64,000 bases of DNA from NCBI RefSeq assembly GCF_006345805.1, contig NC_043017.1:1736001-1800000 (forward strand), read 5' to 3'. This document shows, one piece after another, positions 14,549 through 26,781 of this stretch. A model generated the notes under the pieces. It was not told the origin of the DNA, made no database searches, and worked only from the letters and a program-made list of their open reading frames with translations. The translations under genes were made by a program, and so were the position numbers. The DNA is from Octopus sinensis (Eukaryota). Position 1 is the stretch's first letter. Each line of letters opens with the position of its first letter.

Positions 14549-14784
14549 AGTCTATATGATATATATAGGTATATATATATATATGACGTATGTATGCCGA
14601 GATTAGTATAAGTCAAAACTACACACACACACAAACACACACACCCACACTATATATATATATATATACATATACATATACACACACATATATATATATG
14701 TATATATATACTCATTATACATATATATATATATATATTAATTCTAGTTAAATTATCACAAAGTCCTATGTATATATACATCTG

Positions 14785-14820
<36 letters not shown>

Positions 14821-15471
14821 ATATATATATACATATATAAATATATATGGAAACATATGTATGTATGTCTATGACACGTACGTACACACACACATACTCC
14901 GACACACTCACACACACACATATTATATAAGGACAGAGAGAAAGAAAGATATAGATATGTAGATCGATAGATATGTAAGTAGGCAGACAGATATTAAAAT
15001 GAAAAAACTACCTATGTGTGTCCGTATGGGGGTAATGCGTATGTATATATCATATATATATACTATATTATATATATTATATATTATATGTATAAAATAT
15101 ATTTATTTATATATATATATATACACACCTGTGTACATGTATATATGTATATATATACATACATGTATATATATATAAGGATATGTATGCGTAGGTGTGT
15201 GCGCATCTGTACATAATTAAACATAGAGATAAATTGGCGTATGCATATACATACACATATACATGTATATATTTATCTATATGTATGCTTGAATATATGT
15301 ATGCACGTTTATGTGCAATGGATACCTTCTGGAATCTCTCACGGTCGGCTGACGTCTATTAATCTAAGGTTTCGTTACAGGTTTTAATATCCAGGAGTTA
15401 ATTGTGTGTTTTCGCTTGTTTGCACATTGTGGTTGAGAAGGTGATGGGCTGTTTGGTTCATGTAGACTTCA

Positions 15472-15524
15472 TTAGCTGAATAAACTGACAATATTTACAA
15501 CACTAGGCCACTTTTGGAAATTTG
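15472..15524 (-). CDS. Candidate terminal coding exon of secreted-peptide gene B (xNFQKWPSVVNIVSLFS*)
   Basis: Acceptor ttttcgtttacag| at 15525. The phase-1 reading is open to TAA at 15472-15474. A 200-nt intron separates it from the next candidate exon. Confidence 0.4.
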
Positions 15525-15724
15525 CTGTAAACGAAAATTATCTCCCTTATATGAAAGTACCCTTGCACACACACTTTCATATACATCGACATGTATATAT
15601 ATATGGATGGATTCACCTTCTCTGACAAGTTAACAATCATTTAAAAACTTTTTATAAAACTGTGCATCATTAGAAGACATTTTAAGTCTGCTTATAATCT
15701 AACTTTGAATTTCATAGAACTCAC

Positions 15725-15829
15725 TCCGATACTTCATAAGGATAGCCTCACTCTCTAGGATGTTTGGAAAACTCATATGTGTTTTAGCTGATGAATACGG
15801 GACATTTGTATTTGCTGCAATATTTGCAG
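15725..15829 (-). CDS. Candidate symmetric phase-1 exon of gene B (AANIAANTNVPYSSAKTHMSFPNILESEAILMKYR)
   Basis: Strong donor GGA|GTGAGT at 15724. Two alternative acceptors (AAG, exon start 15829; CAG, exon start 15814) give 105 or 90 nt, both open and phase 1-1. Confidence 0.42.
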
Positions 15830-16149
15830 CTTTAAATAAAATTGTTCTTAGTATGAAATAATTGTACTGAACCACTGATCCATTCTTGTTGCTTTTTTCT
15901 TGGTATATATATATCTTGAAATATACATATATACTCGGGTGGTTCCCCAGCATGACCGCAGCTTTAAAGCTGAAACGCATTAAAGAATTTTGTGCGTAAG
16001 TGTGTGTATGTGTGTGTGAGTGTGTAAGTGTGTGTAACTCTTTAACTAGTTCCATCTTAAAAGCCGCGGACATGCTTAGGCACCAACGTTAGTGTTTCCT
16101 AACCTTCAGTATTTGAAACCTGCTCAGATTTGTGGATGAGGGCCCCTGA

Positions 16150-16249
16150 NNNNNNNNNNNNNNNNNNNNNNNNNNNNNNNNNNNNNNNNNNNNNNNNNNN
16201 NNNNNNNNNNNNNNNNNNNNNNNNNNNNNNNNNNNNNNNNNNNNNNNNN
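16150..16249. other. Scaffold gap (100 N)
   Basis: Run of N. Confidence 1.
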
Positions 16250-16484
16250 TAGGCTGACGGTTAGTAAGGAGAGACACAAGTAAGTGATAAGAAAACAAAG
16301 GACCACTGATGCGGTCACAGGAGTGTGGAGAAAGAACTTTGGCCGAAATAAGATTAAGATTAATGTAAAAAATAAATATCACTGAAGCAAAATAACACCA
16401 AATGTATAGTGCGTGGGTTTTTGTTTTTATTGGCTAAACTGGCAATATGACCATTCCGAAATATAACAATATATATATATTTCT

Positions 16485-16613
16485 ACAGCTGAGTGAACTG
16501 GAGCAACGTGAAATAAAGTGCCTTGCTCAGAAACACAAAACACAGCCCGGTCCGGGATTCGAGCTCAGAACCTCACGATCGTAAGCTCGACGCTCTAACC
16601 GCTGAGCCATGCG

Positions 16614-16616
<3 letters not shown>
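16485..16616 (-). mobile_element. SINE family 2 head, inverted near-identical copy of 16918-17050
   Basis: The reverse complement matches the downstream copy apart from about 2 positions. Confidence 0.92.
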
Positions 16617-16658
<42 letters not shown>

Positions 16659-16688
16659 TATATATATATAATATATATATATAGATAA

Positions 16689-16726
<38 letters not shown>

Positions 16727-16771
16727 TCTATATATATATATATATAATATATATATATACTATATATATAT

Positions 16772-16815
<44 letters not shown>

Positions 16816-16841
16816 ATATATATATATATATATATTATATA

Positions 16842-16898
<57 letters not shown>

Positions 16899-16917
16899 TA
16901 TAATATAATATATATAT

Positions 16918-17258
16918 ATGTGCGCATGGCTCAGCGGTTAGAGCGTCGAGCTTACGATCGTGAGGTTCTGAGCTCGAATCCCGGACCGGGCTGTGTTTTG
17001 TGTTCTCGAGCAAGGCACTTTATTTCACGTTGCTCCAGTTCACTCAGCTGTAGAAATGAGTTGCGACATCACTGGTGCCAAGCTGTATCGACCTTTGTCT
17101 TTCCCTTGAATAACACTGGTGGCGTGGAGAGGGGAGGCTGGTATGCATGGGCGACTGCTGGCCTTCCATAAACAACCTTGCCCGGACTTGTGTCTAGGAG
17201 GGTAACTTTCCAGGTACAATCCCATGGTCATTCATGACCGAAGGGGGTCTTTACCCTT
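16918..17258 (+). mobile_element. tRNA-derived SINE family 2, full length
   Basis: Collinear with 4404-4738 from head to the gaccgaagggggtct tail. Confidence 0.9.
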
Positions 17259-18224
17259 ATATATATCATAATTCAAATAAAATGCCAAAAGCTGTATTAC
17301 GTAACTTTTAGCGCAGACTGTATTATGCCGCTCTTTATATACATTCATGAATAGATATCAATTATGCAAGATCTTTTTCGCCGCTTTTATTATTATTTTT
17401 TTTTCTGGAATAACCTAGTGGCTTATTTTGTTGACAAGATCGGTGTCTCTGACCAACGGTGTGTCGAGAATATTAATCATTCACGCACATATACATACAT
17501 AGATATACATACGCACTCGCACTCACGCACACACACTCACAGACATACATACACACACACATGCAAATACATATACGACATTCTCATATGCACGTTTACA
17601 CACACATACAAACACACATAGGCACAAATACACACAGAGAAGAACACGGACACACGCATGTACGAAACAACAACACACACAATCACACAAAGACAAAATA
17701 CACAAACACGTAAATGCATGCACGATCCTGCATACAAATGCACACACATACGCACACAAAAGTACACATGCACACACATTCAAATCTACAAAAGCAAAAT
17801 AAACTAATACACTCATATATACGCACGTACACACTTACATCAATCAGTATTTACACAAACAAACGGTTGGCAACCGCTGTTTACTCAGATAATATACACA
17901 GGAATACTAACAAAGAATAACAAAAACACATTCATCATACGCAGGTATAGAGATAACAGAAGCACAGACACACAAACACACACGCGGGCGCGAGCGGTAG
18001 CACGCATATGAGACAAAAGATACATCTATACATATATGAATATAATAATATATGTACAGGTATAACATCTTGCTCAAGTGGACCATGTGTTCGATACCTG
18101 ATTTGCATAACTTCTCCAGATGGTGCTATTAATTTAGTCATGGCCTGGCTCAATACTTGCCGAAACCTATTCAATGTATATATATATATATATTATATTA
18201 TATATATATATATATATATATAAG

Positions 18225-18291
<67 letters not shown>

Positions 18292-18324
18292 ATACAATAT
18301 ATATATATAATATATATATATAGA

Positions 18325-18355
<31 letters not shown>

Positions 18356-18568
18356 TGTATGTACGTATGTATGTATATATGTATGTATGCATGTGTGTAT
18401 GTATGTGTGTGTATATATGTGTGTATGTATGTGTGTGTGTATATATGTATGTGTGTATACTAACAGTAATGGTAAGACAAAAATAAAATAAGTGACCTCG
18501 ATATTATGCAAATAGAGGAAATTATTTGTAATATAATATGTGGACAATTATTCCGTTGCCATGATAAA

Positions 18569-18657
<89 letters not shown>

Positions 18658-18865
18658 GTATATATATGTATACATATATATACTATTGTAACATATATAT
18701 ATACATACTTATATATATAATGTATTTTATATATATTTATATACACATATATATATATGTAAATATAGATTATATATATGTACATATATGTATATACAAT
18801 ATATGGCAAATCTATATTTATATATATGTTATATATATGGTATTTTATGCAAATCTATATACACC

Positions 18866-18905
<40 letters not shown>

Positions 18906-18969
18906 TAAATTAGAGATAAAACCACTATTAGGCAAATCATACAATGAAAAACTTAAGCCAATACATAAG

Positions 18970-19022
<53 letters not shown>

Positions 19023-19349
19023 TTTTACTTTTTTCAATCATTTGATTGCAGCCATGCTGGAGCACCGCCTTTATTCTTTGTAAGCCTATTGTTTATACTA
19101 TAGGGCTCTATTGACCAAACGCTACGTTATAGGGATGTGAACACAACAACATCTGTCTTCAAACGATGGTTTGGCGGGGGAACAATGACATCGATATACA
19201 AATCTATACGACGGGCTTCTTTCAGTTTCCGTCTATCAAATCCACTCAAAAGGCCCGATGGTATAGTAGAAAACACTTGCCCATCTATGGATGAGTAAAG
19301 ACATATACATACATATATATATACATATATACATACACACATACATGCG

Positions 19350-19394
<45 letters not shown>

Positions 19395-19844
19395 TAAACT
19401 TACTTGAAAAGGGACGCGTGGCGTTTGATCATATAATAATATAAATAATATATAAATATATGCTTATATACATACATATATGTACATACTTACATATATA
19501 TGTATATATTCATGCATATATGTGTACAGGACATTAAAAAACGTAGTCAAAATGAGAAACGGGAACATAAAAAACAAAAACAAGAAAACGAACATTTTTT
19601 TCGAACAACGAAAAGCAAAGGAACGAGACGGGAAACGTAAAGTACATTGCCTTCATCAGTTGTCCCCTTTTTTATCTACTCCGCGTTTCGAAGAGAAAGA
19701 GAGAGAGAGAGAGAGAATGAGTGAGTGAGTGAGTGAGTGAGTGAGTGAGTGAGTGAGTGAGAGAGATGAGAAATAGAGAGACAGGCAGACGGAGACAGAG
19801 AAAGGGTGAGAGGGACAAAGAGAAAGAGAAGCTGAAAGACAGTC

Positions 19845-19880
<36 letters not shown>

Positions 19881-20088
19881 ACAAACAATTATAATTACTG
19901 TGTGTGTGTGTGTGTGTGTGTTTGTATATATAAACATACTTGGACGAATGTAGATAGACATATGCGGATAAATACGTATGACAGGCATACACCACGCACA
20001 GAGATGTGTGTGCGTGTATATATGAACGGGTGTGTACGTGTGTGTGTGTATATGTGTGTGTGTGTGTACATATATACATAATCATGTT

Positions 20089-20121
<33 letters not shown>

Positions 20122-20231
20122 TACCGGAGTAAACACATAAATGTGAAACAAGGTGGAAAAAAAAGAGTACTCAAATACCAGGGGTAGAGTAATATGCTTT
20201 ATTTCAAAGCAACAGAAAATTCAACAAAACC

Positions 20232-20267
20232 TGTTACTCTGAGTTTCACGTTCCCGTTCGTCGGACA
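20232..20267 (-). ncRNA. Variant minimal hammerhead ribozyme (CCGACGA core)
   Basis: Minus strand: tgt-CCGACGA-acg ggaa cgt-GAAA-ctc a gagt-A-aca. Stems I, II and III can all pair; U4 is replaced by C. Confidence 0.55.
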
Positions 20268-20654
20268 ATTTTCTGCTGCTTTGAAATAAAGTATATATTT
20301 ATATAGACAGATTTCTACATTTATCATTGCTTTGTTTTCGAATGTTTGCTTACTTATGTGTTTGGATGTATGCACGCGGGGGTGTGTATGTGTGTGTGTT
20401 AGTGCGTGTGTGTGTGTGTGTGTGTGTGTGCGTGCGCGCGCGCGTGTGTGTGTGAAGGTTATTGTTTTTTTCTCGGAGAGAAAAGAATGTTCCCTTTTCG
20501 CTTTGTGCGCACAAATGTCAGCGTGCATACGTGGAAACTTATATATATATATATATATGTACGCACCCAATTGTGTGTATATCTGTATGTATCTGTATAT
20601 GTATAAATATGTACGATTATAAATACATTTGTATATATATATATGTATGTATAC

Positions 20655-20724
20655 CTTCGCTCTCCTGAAGACCCGCCAACAATATCAAAAGACACGTTAG
20701 TGCGATATAACCGGTCCCTTTCAT
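20655..20724 (-). CDS. Signal-peptide exon, gene B (MKGTGYIALTCLLILLAGLQESE + phase-1 intron)
   Basis: caactATG start, K at position 2, hydrophobic core, donor AAG|GTATAC at 20654, and upstream acceptor ttactgttag| at 20751. Paralogous to the 29901-29973 exon. Confidence 0.72.
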
Positions 20725-21183
20725 AGTTGCTCAATAAGTTCTGCCTCTTTCTAACAGTAATTTTACACTGAACTAGATTATTTCGAAACTACTATCATTT
20801 CCTGTATTTATATATACACCCAGTCAGTCTATACTGACCTATATGTATACTTATGAGTGTATATGGATGCGTGATGTATATACTGTTTGTGTATTTACCT
20901 CCCTCTATGCTACACTCCCACTCGCTGTTTACTTATATACGCATTAAGTTTGAATGCATGTGTGTAGGTGACATGCGATGCGTACAGTATGAATGTATGT
21001 ATGTGTATGAATGTATTTATGTATATGTATGAGTATTTATAACTCACTGCCTGTACTATCTCTCTGTATATATACGTGCTCTATATTTCATACACACACA
21101 CACACACACACACACCACACACGCACACAAACATATACCAACATACGTACATACAAACACACACATATGTGTGTGTGCATATG

Positions 21184-21219
<36 letters not shown>

Positions 21220-21226
21220 GTGTGTG

Positions 21227-21261
<35 letters not shown>

Positions 21262-21624
21262 GTATACTCTCATTTCTTATATATATATTCAATTACGTAT
21301 GTGCGTGTGTGTCGGTGCGCGCGCGTGTGTTGTATATATATGTGTAGATATGTGGTATGCGTAACGGGTGTATTCTTTTATGTGGGTTTGGGCCGGTTAT
21401 TCGTTTAGTGATTCGTTCTCCCGTCACCGCTGCCTGCGATAATCTCATACCCGAATCGCAGAGTCACGTGACTGCAAAAGAATTTTATAAATGCCTTCAG
21501 CGTCCCTCGTCCTTTCCAAACTCTTTTCTCTCTCCCTCACCGTCTCACATTCTGCCGCATTCACAGAAGCACTTTGTCTCCAGCGCTCTATGAGCTTCCA
21601 CACACACACACACACACACACACA

Positions 21625-21658
<34 letters not shown>

Positions 21659-21812
21659 CAGTACGGCAATACACATACATATATGTATGAATGGGTGGTA
21701 GGATGTATGGGTCAACGGCTGGATGGACGAGCGCGTCTGCGTGTGTACAGATATAAGTATATAGATAGGGATATTCCAAGAAAAATACGCATATGCATGT
21801 GTGTGTGTTTCG

Positions 21813-21846
<34 letters not shown>

Positions 21847-22632
21847 CTGTGTGTCTGTGTGTCTGTGTGTGTGTGTCTGTGTGTCTGTGTGTGTGTGTCT
21901 CTGTGTGTGTGTGTGTGCCAATTTATGTGTGTGTGTATAATAGACGTATCATATCGTATGATATCTGTAACACAGTCACTTCGAAGTTTGGGACAGTAAA
22001 AACGATGGCTAAACTGGTCGACACTTCGAAGTCACAGTCAGCAATATTCTTGTTTATGAACAAATTTGTACTCTGCAAAAGTAACCTCAGATAAATGCGA
22101 AATTACTTTTGCTATAATTAAACATAATAGTAAGAGAGAGAGGGGGGGGTAAGCTGTTATTTTTCTTTGACTTCAGATGTACTTTTACTTGTTTCAGTCA
22201 TTTTCACTGTGGCCATGCTGGAGCATCACCTTTTAATCGAGCAAATCGACCCAGGACTTATTCTTTTGTAAGCCTAGTATATTCGGACGTTAATTTTGAT
22301 CTTGGATTTCGAAAGAAAAGGGTTTGAAACTAGGAAACCCAGACGTGCCTACATGCTGGCCCTCAACTGGTGCACCTTTATGACAATTATTGACATTTTC
22401 TATTATCCTAGATATTGGTCTCAAATTTGGCACAAGGCTAGAACCTTTGGGGTGTATATAATCGGAGTGGTTCGCGTTAACAAGGGCAGCTGACCGTACA
22501 AACCAAGCCAAATCAGATTGGAGTCTGGTGCAACACCTCAGACTACCAGCCCTTATCAAACCGTCCAAAACATGCCAACATGGAGAACTGACGTTAAAGG
22601 ATTGTGTTGACGATTATGATGATTATCACACA

Positions 22633-22677
<45 letters not shown>

Positions 22678-22680
<3 letters not shown>

Positions 22681-22910
22681 GGAGAATTTGTTTTTGTAGA
22701 TACACCTGAATTTGAAGCACGTAGTTGTTTTTAGATATTTTTATTCGCATACATACCGAACCGGTTTCCACAGTTTTCTTGTTGTTGTTTATCGATGTCA
22801 GAAATGTATATAAAACAATGGGATTTTAACAGGGTTAATAGAAATAAATGCATTTAAAAACAACTACACATTTCTCAAATTCAGGTGCATTTTCAAAATC
22901 AAATCCTCAT
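22678..22910. mobile_element. Diverged MITE-like element
   Basis: cacctgaatttga..gtagttgttttta at ~22703-22735 is inverted at ~22850-22888. Confidence 0.55.
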
Positions 22911-23498
22911 ACTACTTATTCCTGCGGCGAAGGACCGCGCTACCCTCCATATACATGTGTATTTGCTTGTGCGTGTGTTAGTGTGTGTGTTTGTTAATAT
23001 GCGTGTGTGTGTGTGAGTGTATCTGTTTGCATGTGCGTGTGTATGTGAATATCTAGATATATATTGCTTAGTTTGTGTCTTTGTCTATTTGTCGTCCACC
23101 ATTGCTTAACAACTGGTGTTGGTGTGTTTACGTCCACATAACGTTGAGGTTCGGAAAGGAGATCGGTAAGTAAGTGCCTGGATTAAAATATAAGCACTGG
23201 CGTCGATTCTTTGCACAGACAATTCTTCAACTCGGTGCCCCAGTATGGCCACAGTCTTTTTGATTAAAGCAACTACCATATATAATTATATATATATATA
23301 TGAAAATTAATTGTTATCGCCATATTAATATGACATTCTTATAGATATAAGAATAATCGCTGCCATGGTCAGCTCCATGAGGCCACCGCCATCAAGATAG
23401 CTATTGATACACGACTGTATCCATTATAGCCTTCGAACAAGGGAGGTCAGCCGCTTCACACTGCCAGTCCGACAGCTACAGACATATACATACACACG

Positions 23499-23536
<38 letters not shown>

Positions 23537-23637
23537 AATTTATAATAGATAACTTTCCTCTATTTACATAATATTGAGGTTTTTTGTTTCTTTTGTTATC
23601 TTACCGTTTTACCAATATATATATATATATATATATA

Positions 23638-23667
<30 letters not shown>

Positions 23668-23668
<1 letters not shown>

Positions 23669-23928
23669 CAAAGTGAGTTATCTACAGTAGCGGTAACACA
23701 TCGTGACGTATATTTGCCATTTCAATATGATCATAAGTTGAAGACGGGAAGGATGACTTCCCTTTGCAAATACTGACAGGACACAGAAAGTGTGTCTATG
23801 GCCAGCTGGAGGAGTGTGTCCTCCTGGGGCTAAAAACTACAGTAGCATCCACCCTTAGGGGTTAGCCATATTGAAATGGCAAATATACGTCACGATGTGT
23901 TACCGCTACTGTAGATAACTCACTTTGA
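23668..23928. mobile_element. MITE with perfect 62-bp TIRs and TA flanks
   Basis: 23668-23729 is the exact reverse complement of 23867-23928; TA on both sides. Confidence 0.92.
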
Positions 23929-24082
23929 TATTTATCATTGTTTGATTTCACTTTTTCAATATCAGCGACAGTGGACGCTGGAAAAAGTATAAGTATTTGT
24001 GAAGGAAATCTAATTCTCGCCGACAACTGTGATTGTCACACGCTGACGAGAGGTCAATACCTCGAAACTCGAGTCCGTGTGT

Positions 24083-24247
24083 ATCATAAGTTGAAGACGG
24101 GAAGGATGACTTCCCTTTGCAAATACTGACAGGACACAGTAAGTGTGTCTATGTCTATGGCCAGCTGGAGGAGTGTGTCCTCCTGGGGCTAAAAACTACA
24201 GTAGCATCACCCTTAGGGGTTAGCCATATTGAAATGGCAAATATACG

Positions 24248-24251
<4 letters not shown>
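24083..24251 (+). repeat. Partial direct duplicate of the 23668-23928 MITE
   Basis: Matches 23730-23892 and stops in a (TA)n tract. Confidence 0.88.
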
Positions 24252-24288
<37 letters not shown>

Positions 24289-24595
24289 TTATTCACTTAT
24301 GTATATATACATATATACACATATACTTATCTACATATTTGTCTTTCAGCCTGTCTCTTCCCCACCTCTCTCTCTCTCTCTCTCGCCCTCGCTCTCCCGC
24401 CATATATATGTGTGTGTGTGTGCACATGTACCCCACCACACACACATATATATATATATATATATACGAATGTATGTATGTATGTATGTATTGTTATGGT
24501 TACTGTAAACTGGGAAACGGTCCTCAATCCAAGGTCGTGCCGAAGTATATAATAGAAAGTCGTACCGAGGGTTTATTTTCTCCTCTCAACCACTA

Positions 24596-24840
24596 TCTAT
24601 ATATAAAGATGAGAATGTGTGTGTGTGTCTGTGTGAATGCCTAAAACTTGAGAACTACACAATCAATTTCATTCAAATTTTACACATGCTTTACTTAGGG
24701 TCCATAGAGTGTCAATGTTTAACTTCTTACCTAGTGCGAGCCCACAGCAATATCACATCTCCACTGTTTCAGTATTACGTGTCAAAAGTGAAACAATAAC
24801 ATCAGATACTTTCAATTTAATACTGAAACTATAACACGGA
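24596..24840 (+). mobile_element. Possible non-autonomous Helitron/HINE-like 5' portion
   Basis: Starts A|TCTATATATAAAGATGAGAATGTGTG, a typical 5'-TC Helitron-like start; no 3' CTAG hairpin found. Confidence 0.45.
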
Positions 24841-24913
<73 letters not shown>

Positions 24914-25222
24914 AGTATTCTCTTACTCTTTTACTTGTTTCAGTTATTTGACTGTGACCATGCTGGAGCACTGCCTTTAGTCAAGCAAAGGTCGCGGTCT
25001 TAAAGGGACGAAAATATTTTGGCAATTTAAATTTACATGTTGTAGTGAATCTAACGGTTTTTGTGTGTTTCTTAAATGGCTTCTAATCATAAACCAAAAC
25101 ATAGTGATTCTTCAAAAGAGAGCGATACCAGGTTAAAAAAAGTTTTGTGATCGAATCATTTCGCTCGGATAAAAATTGAAAGCAGTGCCCCAGAATTGCC
25201 ACAATCTATTGACTGAAATTAA

Positions 25223-26218
25223 ATGAATGACAGAAAGTATATTATAAGGAATTGTAAATCATTGAACAATTTTGTGCATTGTAAAATTATAACCAATTTA
25301 TTGCAGATATATATAGAGAGACGGACTCAAGAAAACAGTTCACATAGGAACAGATTTTTAATTTTAAAAGTAAGGATTGCTTTCTCAAATACTAAAAATC
25401 TCTCACAGATAATTGCCTCCCATAACAATAAGCTGCTAAATAAGGTCTCGTCACCCATGAGCAGTGATACCGCCCTGTCAAATTCCAACATAACATATAG
25501 TAATAATAATAATAATAGAAATAGCACAGATATTAGCAGCCTTCATACCAGCATTGGCGTTAGTAATAGTAATAAGGATAAGAGCACTGGCCTGGTCATT
25601 AACGGAGGGGGTCTCAACAATAATAGTAGCAGCGTTTTTAACAACAGTAGTTTTACGGGCAATAACAATCACAGCATTCCCAGAAACAGGGAATGTGCAG
25701 GCGTTATTGCCTTAAATAATAATGAAAATAGGTTGAATAGTATCGAATCCAGCAGTAATTTTTACAACCATCATAGAAATAAGAACGCTGTATTAGTATC
25801 GGAAACTAATCCCAATAGATTAAGGTTCTTATCAAATAACTGTAAACTTAGAAACTCCACTTACCAGTGCAAAATTTCTACTGGATCCGATGTCTACCTC
25901 TATATTGGCGCAACTTCCTCTAAATTAGCTACAAGGATATCAAATCATTTTTCCACGTTCCCTGATAAGAGTAAACAGCACGCCACGGGGCTAAGCAAAT
26001 TAGTCTGGCGTTTGAAGAACGCAAATTCAACCTTTAAGCTGGAATGGTCAATATTATCGGTGTCCTTACCGTTTGATAAGGGCAGAAAAATCTCTGCCCT
26101 CTGTAATTTCGAACTCTTTCATATCCTGTTTGCCCGAGGCCAAGTAATAAACTCGATTGTCGAGAGATCTTTCAGATGCTTGCACTGGAAAAAGCATACC
26201 TTTCACTCATACCAATGA
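25223..26218 (+). mobile_element. Penelope-like element: 5'-truncated ORF with GIY-YIG endonuclease
   Basis: AFSNTKNLSQIIASHNNKLL; STYQCKI...LYIGAT..KLATRISNH; LSKLVWRLK...LEWSIL; LCNFE; RCLHWKK. All match the Penelope/Poseidon-type C-terminus. Confidence 0.88.
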
Positions 26219-26781
26219 AGTCTAATATAGATAAACCCTGGATTTCCTACAAAATTAAAATGTGATATCTCATCCCTTTTAGTTTATAAGACTTTCTCAT
26301 AATTGCTAAGAACTACTACCAATTCCAGCAGTAACCTTGTCTCTTGTCATTACTATTGTGGACTCCATCCGCCCTCTCCCTCTTAAGTTGACACATTCGA
26401 ACACACAGACACAGTCTTTTCGCCTCCTGACCGTTAATTCTTTCTCTCTGCCTTCTACACACACATTCACGCACTCACAGACACACACACACATATTAAG
26501 GCAATTTTACACACTCATACATGCGAGCACTCATTCATAAAATAAATCAAATATAAACACCAGTCATACAGAATACATTCCCTCACTTTAATTTTCCTTT
26601 ACCTTCCTTCTCCAACCTTGATTGAACCCTTGAACTATTTTAACTGACATTTTCCCCTACTTTCAACCAATCTGGCGTCACACCCTATAAATAGACATTA
26701 TTTATCATTATCTCTATGGGCTCCTCGTGAGCGGTCATCGAAAAACCTGTTGTGCATTTTGTTGGAGAATTAAGTTCCTGG

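Noticed and set aside
17839-17906. Minus-strand segment with good acceptor and GTAAGT donor
   Set aside because: Stops in all frames.
19640-19700. CTGATGA and GAAAC motifs on the minus strand (similar relics at ~16305 and ~35805)
   Set aside because: The order or stems are incompatible with a foldable hammerhead; they are decayed remnants.
22730-22800. Possible exon with CG|GTATGT donor
   Set aside because: It is the interior of a MITE-like inverted repeat and has no acceptor.
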